Shown: positions 9,003-18,508 of the stretch, piece after piece
How positions within the stretch are numbered: position 1 is the first letter of the stretch
How the letters are laid out: each line of letters begins with the position of its first letter
Assembly: GCA_963796965.1 (NCBI GenBank)
Contig: CAWCNS010000004.1
Location: 224,001-288,000, forward strand
DNA: 64,000 nt
From: Calditrichia bacterium
GTDB lineage: Bacteria > Calditrichota > Calditrichia > JAJRVZ01
Direction: 5' to 3'
Made by a program: the position numbers and the translations under genes
The notes under the pieces: model-generated
What the model was told of the DNA's origin: nothing
Database searches by the model: none
Seen by the model: the letters and a program-made list of their open reading frames with translations, nothing else

Positions 9003-12000
9003 ATGAAAAATTCATCAAAATATTCAAGAAAATTCACCTTGATCTTATTAATGATTGGTATGGTTACCAGTCAAGTTGGTAAGAGTTTGGCTTCTGATTC
9101 AAGTCTAACTGCGGAGATCAGGCAAAACTTTAAAAATCCACCTTCGGATTGCTGGCCGCACACCCGTTGGTGGTGGCCGGGTAATCCTGTTTCTAAGGAA
9201 ACCATTACCCAACAGTTGGAACAAATGAAGGCTCATGGAATTACCGGTGTGGAGCAGATCACAATGGGGGAGGTTTACGAAAAGGGTAATATCCCCTATC
9301 TTTCTGATAAGTTTCTTGAGATGCTCAAACATATGGTTAAGGAGGCAAAACGCCTTGAGATGGAAGTTTCACTTAACTTTGGAGGCCCCGGTTGGATAAT
9401 TGGAGGAGAGTGGGTACCTGACGAAGAACGGAGTAAAGATATTGTTCCTACTTCTATTCTTTTAGATGGACCTCGCCAATTTTCAGGAAATCTACCTGAT
9501 AGCTTAACCCGCACCCGGCGTTCCTGGGAAATATTCAAACCCAAACTTGATGGAACAGAAAAACTACTTGCTGTGGTGGCCGGAAGAGTTGTTGAGAATG
9601 TTCTCCAGGAAAATTCTCTTGTGGTGCTTACGGAATTTCTTAAAAACAGAAGAATTACCTGGGAAGTTCCGGCTGGACAATGGCGCCTGATGGCCTTCTG
9701 GTTAAAGCGGAACGACCATGATCATGCCGTTGATCACTTTAGTACCAAAGCCATGCAGAATTACTGTAATTATTTAGGGGGCGAATTTAGCAAAACATTT
9801 GGGAAGGAGTTTGGAAAAACGGTTGAGTCGATGTTTATCGATAGTTTTGAATTGCCTAATTCGGCCAGCGGCATTTACTGGAGTGATGATCTGCTTGAAA
9901 AGTTTAAAGATTATAAAGGTTATGATCTTACGTCTTATCTTCCTGCGATTTGGTGGACGGTAGGAGAAATATCACCGAAGATACGGTATGATGTTAACGA
10001 TTTTTTGCATCATATCGGCCTGGAGGTTTTTTATAAAGAATTTGTTGGATGGTGTAACCGTAACAACCTCAAAGCCAGAATTCAAACGTATGGATTTACA
10101 ACGGATAATATTGAATCTGCCGGTAGAACAGATATTCCCGAATTAGAAATTACTCCTGGTGAGAAAGATGCTGTTGAGTGGTTTGACACGCGTATAGGAC
10201 CCAAAAAATATGTTTCATCCGGAGCCCATCTTTATGGTCGGGATGTGGTTTCGGTTGAAGCTTATACTTTTATCCACTGGGAGCGCTATAGGGCTACCCT
10301 TGAAGAGGTTAAAATTGCTTCTGACGGTTTTCTGCGCGCGGGAGCAACAAAATTTTATAATGTTGGATTTAGTTTCTCACCTGAAAAGGAACTTGCACCA
10401 TCAAGGAAGTTACCCTGGGCAGTTGATATCAGCCCGGGAAATATTTGGTGGGATTATTATCCCTTGCTCGCCGAATATATTGCCAGATCGTCCTACCTCC
10501 TCAGGCAAGGTGACTTTGTTGCTGATATTGCTGTTTACTCACCTCTGGCCAATCAATGGACCAGGGATGTTCTAAACGCCAGGAAATGGACACGTGAATT
10601 TGATTGGGGTGGACTTGGCGATCTTCTTATGTCCAATGGATATGATTTTGATCTTCTCAATGATGATATTTTGAAGTATACAGCAAAGATTGAAGAGGGA
10701 ATGATAAAGATTCAGGGGATAACGTATAAAATTCTAATCTTGCCCAATATTCAGTCATTACCCCTGGAAACATTGAAATTTATTCAAGCCTATGTTAAAG
10801 CCGGTGGGGTTGTCCTAGCATTAGAACAAGTTCCTGACTTTGCCACAGGATTCAAAAATCATCAACGTAATGACGACCAGGTTAAGAAAATTGTAAATGA
10901 AATGTTTAAAGAGCCTTTTGCTGAGGATGAAGTAGGAACAGTTCGCTACGGCAACGGAAAAACTCATTTCATTAAAATGGTATTAGACCGATCTATCTGG
11001 TGGGATAGACGAAGCAGTACATTGGATCCATTTTTAAATACAATCAGAAGGCATATTTTGCCCGATATGGCAATAGATTTTGCTTACGAGGGAATACGAA
11101 AAAACAAGGGACTTTCTTTTTTGCATCGCAGGACATCAGATTCAGACATATATTTTGTCTCAAATATTCAAGATAGAGCCAGTGATTTACCCCTAACATT
11201 TCGGGTAAAGGATAAACAACCCTGGCAATGGGATCCCTACACAGGCAAGATTTCTCCTATATTTATTTATGAAGAAACTGCAACAGGAATAAAAGTACCG
11301 CTCTCCCTTAAACCTTATGAATCAACAATAATTGTCTTCGAATCAGGGTGGGGTAATCATATTAAATACTCCGATTTCAAAACTATTCATGAGTTTACTG
11401 AAAATACATTCACTGCTGAGTCAGATAAAAACGGAAAAATTAATACAATTATCTCTCTATCTGATCATCAGACAACCCATACATCAATAGTTTCCGACAT
11501 TCCTTCCGTTTTTGAAATTGGTGGAGAATGGCAGCTTAGATTGAAAGGCAAAGATTTTTCCGGGTTAGATACGACTTTTACAAATCTTTTTTCATGGACG
11601 GATCTTAATGCCAGCCGACATTGCAGTGGGATAGGGTTATATGAGATTGAATTTGATTTAACAGAGAATTATGCAAATAAGGATATGATTCTCCGGTTAG
11701 ACCTGGGAAAATTGGCATTTATTGGTGATGTGTCATTAAATGGAAATCATGTTGGCGTAATCTGGATGCGTGAACAGATACTGGATATTACGGATTTTGT
11801 AAGGAATGGTAAAAATGTATTGTCGGTAAAGGTAACAAATGTACTAATCAATCATGTGGCTGGTTTTAAGAGTAACCGACCCATACCGAAAAATCTGGTA
11901 CCACGTTTTGGAGATAAGGATATAAATAGAAGACCTAGAGAATTTGGTTTCGAGCCTTTACCCCCATCTGGTTTGATGGGACCGGTGCGGATAATACCCA

Positions 12001-12029
12001 GTAAAAGGGTGGAAATAGAAATTCAATAG
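9003..12029 (+). CDS. GH106-like alpha-L-rhamnosidase/glycoside hydrolase, secreted (paralog 2)
   Basis: 1008 aa, colinear with 2687-5698 over the full length with long identical blocks (e.g. WPHTRWWWPGNPVSKETIT, FIDSFELPNSASGIYWSDDLLEK). Confidence 0.8.
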   Translation: MKNSSKYSRKFTLILLMIGMVTSQVGKSLASDSSLTAEIRQNFKNPPSDCWPHTRWWWPGNPVSKETITQQLEQMKAHGITGVEQITMGEVYEKGNIPYLSDKFLEMLKHMVKEAKRLEMEVSLNFGGPGWIIGGEWVPDEERSKDIVPTSILLDGPRQFSGNLPDSLTRTRRSWEIFKPKLDGTEKLLAVVAGRVVENVLQENSLVVLTEFLKNRRITWEVPAGQWRLMAFWLKRNDHDHAVDHFSTKAMQNYCNYLGGEFSKTFGKEFGKTVESMFIDSFELPNSASGIYWSDDLLEKFKDYKGYDLTSYLPAIWWTVGEISPKIRYDVNDFLHHIGLEVFYKEFVGWCNRNNLKARIQTYGFTTDNIESAGRTDIPELEITPGEKDAVEWFDTRIGPKKYVSSGAHLYGRDVVSVEAYTFIHWERYRATLEEVKIASDGFLRAGATKFYNVGFSFSPEKELAPSRKLPWAVDISPGNIWWDYYPLLAEYIARSSYLLRQGDFVADIAVYSPLANQWTRDVLNARKWTREFDWGGLGDLLMSNGYDFDLLNDDILKYTAKIEEGMIKIQGITYKILILPNIQSLPLETLKFIQAYVKAGGVVLALEQVPDFATGFKNHQRNDDQVKKIVNEMFKEPFAEDEVGTVRYGNGKTHFIKMVLDRSIWWDRRSSTLDPFLNTIRRHILPDMAIDFAYEGIRKNKGLSFLHRRTSDSDIYFVSNIQDRASDLPLTFRVKDKQPWQWDPYTGKISPIFIYEETATGIKVPLSLKPYESTIIVFESGWGNHIKYSDFKTIHEFTENTFTAESDKNGKINTIISLSDHQTTHTSIVSDIPSVFEIGGEWQLRLKGKDFSGLDTTFTNLFSWTDLNASRHCSGIGLYEIEFDLTENYANKDMILRLDLGKLAFIGDVSLNGNHVGVIWMREQILDITDFVRNGKNVLSVKVTNVLINHVAGFKSNRPIPKNLVPRFGDKDINRRPREFGFEPLPPSGLMGPVRIIPSKRVEIEIQ

Positions 12030-12049
12030 TCGACACGGAACAATCAATT

Positions 12050-12121
12050 CAAACGTGAAATGTCAAATGTGAAACGTAGGGGCGAACCACGTCGAAGACC
12101 CCGTTCCGGGACAGAATGACA
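12050..12121. repeat. Stacked repeat remnants: heptamer tract, GTAGGGGCG half-REP, and CCCGTTCCGGGACAGAATGAC arm
   Basis: CAAACGTGAAATGTCAAATGTGAAACGTAGGGGCGAACC...CCCGTTCCGGGACAGAATGACA read directly. Confidence 0.65.
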
Positions 12122-12133
12122 GGGGAGAAAATA

Positions 12134-12377
12134 ATCGTAACCATATACATGTAATCCTCATGGAGGATTTATAAGGGAGGACATTATATAGCACCGATAC
12201 GTTTTGATGAATTTAATCGAAAAGTTCAATTTAATATTTTTCATTCTATACCATTTTTAGATTACAATCTCTATGTTTTACAATAAATCTACTTATACCA
12301 CATATAATGCATCCTCTACGAGGATGGTGGATTAGGATATGTATGTTATTACAATAATTTATCCTCTTCGAGGATAT
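12134..12377. mobile_element. Non-coding REP/MITE-like ATCCTC-hairpin element (copy 2)
   Basis: ATCGTAACC...AATCCTCATGGAGGATT 12153-12169, ATCCTCTACGAGGAT 12311-12325, ATCCTCTTCGAGGAT 12361-12375. Linkers TAATGC and TTACAATAATTT are shared with copy 1. Confidence 0.7.
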
Positions 12378-12553
12378 GGTTATTTGATGATACGTTCTTT
12401 TTAACGGGCGACAGATTAAATTATATTCTTAGCTTTGCTCTTTTTATATATTTGAGTGTCCTTACACGGGAACGTCTTCAGCAGAAGAACTCCTATGGAA
12501 CAGCCTTACGATGCGGTATGAATACAATAGGTTATTTAGTAAAAAAAGGAAAA

Positions 12554-15040
12554 ATGATGCGAAAAAAGACAAAATCTTTTACACTTACCATTGTTCTAAT
12601 ATTATCTTTTGGATTGATTGCCAGCAATCTGGCACAATCTCAGACTGCTGAAACCTGGCAGATTATGGTTCCTGCCCAATTGCAGCAGGAAGAAGCAATC
12701 AGAGTTGCGCTAAACGATCTAAGAACCTATGGTAAAGAAATAGGTATCGCCTTTCAGGTTGTTGATGATCAGGGTGCTATTCAGGGGCCTACTGTCCTTG
12801 TCGGAGATCCCTCTATAAATAAGGCCATCACCGGATTATTAAAAAATGATCAGATCTCATTAAAAGGTGTTGATGATGAGCAAGGATATGAAATTATTAC
12901 AAAACAAATCAATGGAAATAAAGTAGTTCTTGTTACGGGTGGATCTGTCATCGGCAATGTATATGGTCTGTATTGGCTCTGGGATCGCATGCGCGTCTAT
13001 AAGACGATTCCGGATATTAATACCATTAGAATTCCGGCATTGAAAAACAGAATGAGCCTTGCCTGGGGACGATGGGCTTCCGGAGGTGGATCCAAAGAAA
13101 CTATGCAACAAGCATCTCAGGCAGAGTGTAAACTGGGTTTCCGGTGCACCAATACTAGATTTAGTACCGTGGGATTCAGAACCTGAAAAGACTATCAACG
13201 CAGAGAATAGAAAAAAAACGAACGAGTTAATTGATTATGCCCATTCAATACATTTAAAATATTTTTGTTTTGCAAATGAATTTACCTATCACCCATCTCT
13301 TTTAAAAGAAAATGGTGCTACTCTTTCACCCTGTGATCCAAATTTCTGGAATGCCTTGCAGGACAAATATCGAAAATTATTTACAGCATTGCCCAAACTG
13401 GATGGTATTGAGGTATGTAATGACGATATTTCTGGATTCTGGGATGCCTATCGCAGTTTTGACCTAATGCACCAGGGAGAGGGTTGTGAATGGCCCTATA
13501 CAAAAAGATTCCGGACATTTGTAAAAAAACTGTGGGAGGTTACCGTTGGCGAATTCGACAAAACCTACTTTCATATGACCTGGGGATTAGTACCCCACGA
13601 ACAGCATTATTCCCCAGAGGTATTCAGAGAAATTTTTACCGATGAAGTCCCTGTAAAAAATCTCTATTTGATACCCAAAATTACCGCCGGTGACCGTTGG
13701 TGGCATCAACCTTATAACTATACCTTTAATCAATCGCCTCAGCAGACATTAGTTGCCTTTGAAACGATGAACTATTATGAAGGGGGCAGATCTAATATTT
13801 TTCCCACATTTTCTGGCCAGTATTATCAGGGAGGACTTCAGACATTTCTCAGACCCGAAGATAGCAATGTACGTGGTGCCGGATTATCTGGTCAGGTCCT
13901 CAAAGAAGGGTTGGGATACTGCAGGTGCTTATACCTATGTGCTCTACCGTCTTTCCTGGAATCCAAATGAAGATATCAGACAGATTGCCGAAGATTTTTG
14001 TGCAATCCACTTTGGCCGTGAAGCAGCAAAAACCATGGCAGAGATTTATCTTAAAACATCTGTTGCTTATAAATATGGGTTACATATAGAACCGGTTTCC
14101 TATGGTCGGTTCAATAGTTTTATTCATATGCGGGTTAATGTATTTCCAGCCATGGGATATCCGCGTATTGATGATGGTCGTGAGCATATGGAGTTTTTAC
14201 ACACAATTTATCTTCGCTGTAAACCATGGCAAGTCGAAACACTTGATGATCTCGATCATGGATTGGAAACAGCGAAAGAAATGGTTGCAAATTATAAGAA
14301 TGTAAAATCAAAAATCGCTGATAAAAATCTTGCCCAGGAACTTGAAAATAAACTCAATATGACCCGGTGGCTGATAGAAACCAATAATGAATATGTGAAA
14401 ACTACTTTTGATTATTTTGCATACCGTGAAAATCCGAATGAATCGACAAGACAAAAATTGAGTGATTCGTATAACCGTTTATTGACGACAAAGAAAAATT
14501 TTATGAATACACCCGGATATGGATATATACTTTTTGGGGTAGACCAGGTAATCAAAAATGCCGGGCAGGCACTTGAGAATCTGCCAAAAGCAGAACAAAA
14601 ACTTGCTGCGGCTCCAAGTCGCGATGAATTGGAAAAAACAATCACGAAACAACAGAATCTATATAAAGAGTTATTAGAGAAATACAAAGATGAAATTGTT
14701 AAATTGTTACATATTGAAGTAAAGGTTGATGGAAGAGATCTTCTGATTGTTAAAGAAGGTAAACATCGGATTCGAAAACCTTCGCTGGGATGGGGCCCAT
14801 GTTCAGAAATTAAAATTTTTTACAGAATTGCCCAAAGAAGAAGTCACCGTAATTCCACGGGATATACAGTCAAGACCGATGCATCCGTTTATCCTGGAGC
14901 AACCAACTAAAGAAAATGACTATACGGCAACTGTCTACTTGTATGACAAGCCGGGAGCAGATGGCATTATGGAATTTGAATTGTATTACATTCCAAAGAG
15001 TCCGAAAGAAGTAGGGCTAAATCTTCCCTGGAAAAAATAG
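12554..15040 (+). CDS. Large secreted hypothetical protein, possible glycoside hydrolase (GH67/GH115-like N-terminal domain); three frameshifts
   Basis: ATG 12554 after AAGGA, signal peptide, 'EQGYEI...VTGGSVIGNVYGLY' motif. Continues through overlapping ORFs 13059, 13777 and 14747. Confidence 0.55.
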
Positions 15041-15090
15041 ATTTTAAAATTGGGTATTTGTTGAATAAAGGAAATCAGGAGATATAAAAG

Positions 15091-16152
15091 TTGAAGATAA
15101 CCAGATGGTTTATTTGTTTTATGGCGATAGCGGTCTCTGTGATGCTCCCCTCATGTGGTACCACACCAGTCGATTTTTATTCAATTCCTAAAATTGATGC
15201 GCATTCCCATATCTATACAAAAAGTCCACTCGTAATGGACCTGGCTCAAAATGCTCAATTTAAGTGGTTTTCAATTACAACAGAATCAAGAAGCCAGGTC
15301 TATATTGATGAGCAATTGGAGTTTGCCATCTACCAAAAGGATAAATTTCCTAATACCTTAGATTTTTCGACCGCTTTCACAATGGAAAATTTCGGCAATC
15401 CCCAGTGGGCAAAAACAACTATTGAAAGATTGCAGCAAGATTTTAGCCGTGGTGCAATTGCTGTAAAAGTATGGAAAGATATTGGCATGGTCTTTCGGGA
15501 TGCTGCTGGGAAGTTTATAATGATTGATGATCCAAAATTTGATCCGGTATTAGAGTTTATTGCTTCACAAGGGAAGACGCTTGTGGCACATATTGGGGAG
15601 CCTAAAAACTGCTGGTTACCCGTTGATTCCATGACGGTGAATAATGATAAAAAATACTTTAAACGTCATCCTGAGTATCATATGTATCTTCATCCCGAAT
15701 ATCCAAGTCACCAGGAAATTATCCATCATCGGGATAATATGCTCAAAAAGCACCCAAATCTTCGGGTTATCGGATGTCATCTGGGCAGCCTGGAATGGGA
15801 TGTCAATGAGATTGGGAAAAGATTGGATAATTACTCAAATTTTGCCGTGGATATGGCAGCACGGATCTGTCACTTCCAGGTTCAGGACAGAGAAAAAGTT
15901 AGAAATTTCTTAATTAAGTATCAGGACAGAATAATCTATGGTACCGATAATGAGCTGAGTGAAAAGGATGATATCATAAAAATGACAGAGATATTTCATC
16001 AAATCTGGCTGAATCACTGGGATTACTTTGCAACGGATAAGATGATGAAATCAACCATTGTGGATAATCAATTTCAGGGGCTGGCTCTGCCGGAAGAGGT
16101 GCTCAGAAAAATCTATTATGAAAATGCCAGAAAATGGTATCCCGGGATTTAA
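15091..16152 (+). CDS. Amidohydrolase family 2 lipoprotein
   Basis: Lipobox-like 'LPSC'; 'IDAHSH', 'HIGEP', 'CHLGS', 'IIYGTD', 'KIYYENA'. Confidence 0.8.
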   Translation: MKITRWFICFMAIAVSVMLPSCGTTPVDFYSIPKIDAHSHIYTKSPLVMDLAQNAQFKWFSITTESRSQVYIDEQLEFAIYQKDKFPNTLDFSTAFTMENFGNPQWAKTTIERLQQDFSRGAIAVKVWKDIGMVFRDAAGKFIMIDDPKFDPVLEFIASQGKTLVAHIGEPKNCWLPVDSMTVNNDKKYFKRHPEYHMYLHPEYPSHQEIIHHRDNMLKKHPNLRVIGCHLGSLEWDVNEIGKRLDNYSNFAVDMAARICHFQVQDREKVRNFLIKYQDRIIYGTDNELSEKDDIIKMTEIFHQIWLNHWDYFATDKMMKSTIVDNQFQGLALPEEVLRKIYYENARKWYPGI

Positions 16153-16183
16153 TAGAACAATCGAAAATGTCTGATTCTCTTTT

Positions 16184-16279
16184 AACCACTAAGTACACTA
16201 AGAAGACACAAAGTACTCAAAGAATAATTTTAATAAAAACTTTGTGATCTTAGTACCTTCTTAGTGAACTTTGTGGTAA
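16184..16279. repeat. Inverted-repeat element with 9-10-bp tandem arms (CACAAAG/CACTAAG family), copy 1
   Basis: AACCACTAAGTACACTAAGAAGACACAAAGTACTCAAAG ... CTTTGTGATCTTAGTACCTTCTTAGTGAACTTTGTGGT. Homolog at 44375-44474. Confidence 0.8.
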
Positions 16280-16321
16280 TTCTTTTAACTTAAATATAAT
16301 GATATATCCAAATGAGGTGAA

Positions 16322-18367
16322 ATGATGTATGAACAACTGAACCACTTAAAAAATAAAAACAGAATACTTACGATCAATGGACTATTCTTATGCTTGTTCA
16401 TATTGATTATTTTCGTTCCGGTTGGCTGCATTATGAAACCTGAGCCCGCTTCAAATATCCAATTACCTGTTATTTTTGGTAACCACATGGTTCTTCAACA
16501 AGAAGTAAAAGTGCCTGTCTGGGGGACCGCTGATCCTGCTGGAGAAGTCCTTGTGAAAATTTCCGGACAGGAAAAAAGGGCAATCGTTGGCGATGATGGT
16601 CGATGGCGAATTGATCTCGATCCTTTGACAGCCGGGGGGCCTCATAGCCTCTCCGTGATTGGACAGGAGACAATTACCCTTGAAGACGTGATGATTGGGG
16701 AAGTCTGGTTATGTTCCGGACAATCCAATATGGAAATGTCTGTTTCTGCTGGTTGGGGAAAAGTTCTAAACCACAAAGAAGAGGTTTCTAATGCGGATTA
16801 TGAAAATATACGCTTATTTCGGGTTAAGCATACACCGAGTATTAGACCATTGAGTACAATTAATTCAGACGGCTGGCAGGTATGTTCACCAAAGTCAATC
16901 CCTGAATTCTCGGCGGTTGCCTATTTTTTTGGTCGGGAAATTTATAAGAATCTGAATATACCCATTGGTCTGGTTCAATCGGCCGTAGGTGGTACGGTTG
17001 TAGAAGCGTGGACCAGTGGAAATTCGTTGGAAAATGATCCTGACTTTGCGGATTATGTAAAAATATTAAGAAAGTCCAAAGTAGATGAAGAGGAGCTTTG
17101 GCGGGTTTATAAAGAGAAGTTAGCTACCTGGCAGATAACTGTACAGACCCATCTTAAGTCAGCTGGAGGACTCCGACTAGGTTGGACCGATCCCGGTTTT
17201 AATGCATCAGAGTGGGAAAATATGGAACTCCCCGGTACCTGGGAAAAGGCAGGTGTGGATGTAGATGGTATTGTTTGGTTTCGTAAAGAAGTTACAGTTC
17301 CTGGAAACATGCAGGGTAAAGATCTGGAACTCTCCCTTGGTCCGATTAATGACTTTGATGTCACCTGGTTTAATGGCAAAAAAGTTGGCAGTGAGCCCTA
17401 TCATTTATTACCAAGAAAATATGTTATTCCTGCAGACCTGGTTCGCGAAGGTAAAAATGTAATTACTGTTCAGGTCCTGGATCTCGGCAATGTGGGCGGT
17501 CTCTATGGACGCGAGGAGCAGTTGATATTATCCGTACCGTCGAAGCAATCGATTCCCCTGGCTGGTAACTGGCAGTATAAAATTGACCCGCAACAGATTG
17601 ATCTAAAAAAATTGCCCCGTCTACCTAATGTACCAGACGAAAAAAACCGGGCGACTGTGTTATATAATGGCATGATTGCACCTTTGGTTCCTTATGGTAT
17701 ACGTGGGGCAATCTGGTACCAGGGTGAGGGTAATGCCGGAAGAGCCTATCAGTACAGACGTCTTTTTCCGACACTTATAAAAGACTGGCGTCAGCACTGG
17801 CAGATTGCGGACCTCCCATTTTTCTTTGTGCAGCTGGCAAATTTTATGAAGACCAAACCTCAACCTGAAGAGGATAGTTGGGCTGAACTACGCGAAGCGC
17901 AGTTAATGGCTTTGTCGCTTCCGAATACAGGCATGGCTGTAGCCATTGATATCGGAGATGCGAAAGATATCCATCCAAAAAACAAGCAGGATGTTGGTAG
18001 ACGATTGGCATATAATGCTCTAAATATAGTTTATGGAAAAGATGTTGCACCTAGCGGACCCATTTATAAATCAATGAACATCGAGAAGAATAAAATCCGC
18101 CTATCATTTGACCATGTCGAAAATGGTCTTGAGACACCAAATAATAAAAAACTAAATGGATTTGCCATTGCTGGTGCAGATCAAAAATTTGTCTGGGCGG
18201 AGGCAAAGATTGATGGTAAAAATGTACTCGTGTGGAGCAATCAAGTACCGATACCAGTAGCTGTTCGTTATGCCTGGGCTGCAAATCCGGTATGTAATTT
18301 GTATAATGGTGCAGGGTTACCGGCCTCTCCTTTCCGTACAGATAAATGGAAAGGCATTACCGAATAA
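16322..18367 (+). CDS. Sialate O-acetylesterase (SASA/SGNH) with inserted sugar-binding beta-sandwich, paralog 1
   Basis: 'GEVWLCSGQSNME', 'FSAVAYFFG', 'GAIWYQGEGN', 'DIHPKNKQDVG', 'VRYAW', 'GLPASPFRTD'. Confidence 0.9.
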   Translation: MMYEQLNHLKNKNRILTINGLFLCLFILIIFVPVGCIMKPEPASNIQLPVIFGNHMVLQQEVKVPVWGTADPAGEVLVKISGQEKRAIVGDDGRWRIDLDPLTAGGPHSLSVIGQETITLEDVMIGEVWLCSGQSNMEMSVSAGWGKVLNHKEEVSNADYENIRLFRVKHTPSIRPLSTINSDGWQVCSPKSIPEFSAVAYFFGREIYKNLNIPIGLVQSAVGGTVVEAWTSGNSLENDPDFADYVKILRKSKVDEEELWRVYKEKLATWQITVQTHLKSAGGLRLGWTDPGFNASEWENMELPGTWEKAGVDVDGIVWFRKEVTVPGNMQGKDLELSLGPINDFDVTWFNGKKVGSEPYHLLPRKYVIPADLVREGKNVITVQVLDLGNVGGLYGREEQLILSVPSKQSIPLAGNWQYKIDPQQIDLKKLPRLPNVPDEKNRATVLYNGMIAPLVPYGIRGAIWYQGEGNAGRAYQYRRLFPTLIKDWRQHWQIADLPFFFVQLANFMKTKPQPEEDSWAELREAQLMALSLPNTGMAVAIDIGDAKDIHPKNKQDVGRRLAYNALNIVYGKDVAPSGPIYKSMNIEKNKIRLSFDHVENGLETPNNKKLNGFAIAGADQKFVWAEAKIDGKNVLVWSNQVPIPVAVRYAWAANPVCNLYNGAGLPASPFRTDKWKGITE

Positions 18368-18508
18368 ATCAACGTGGCTTTGAAATATTTCAATCGTACT
18401 TTTTTATAGTTGTACTTTTTGGGTAGTGTTTATAAATAAAATATTTTAGAGAGAGTTGGAATAAATTATTTCTATCATCCAAGACATAAAAAAACAAAGA
18501 ATTGTCTT

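Noticed and set aside
2687..12029. Paralog pairs as assembly duplication artefacts
   Set aside because: The copies differ extensively at synonymous and non-synonymous sites and have different neighbours, so they are real diverged paralogs.
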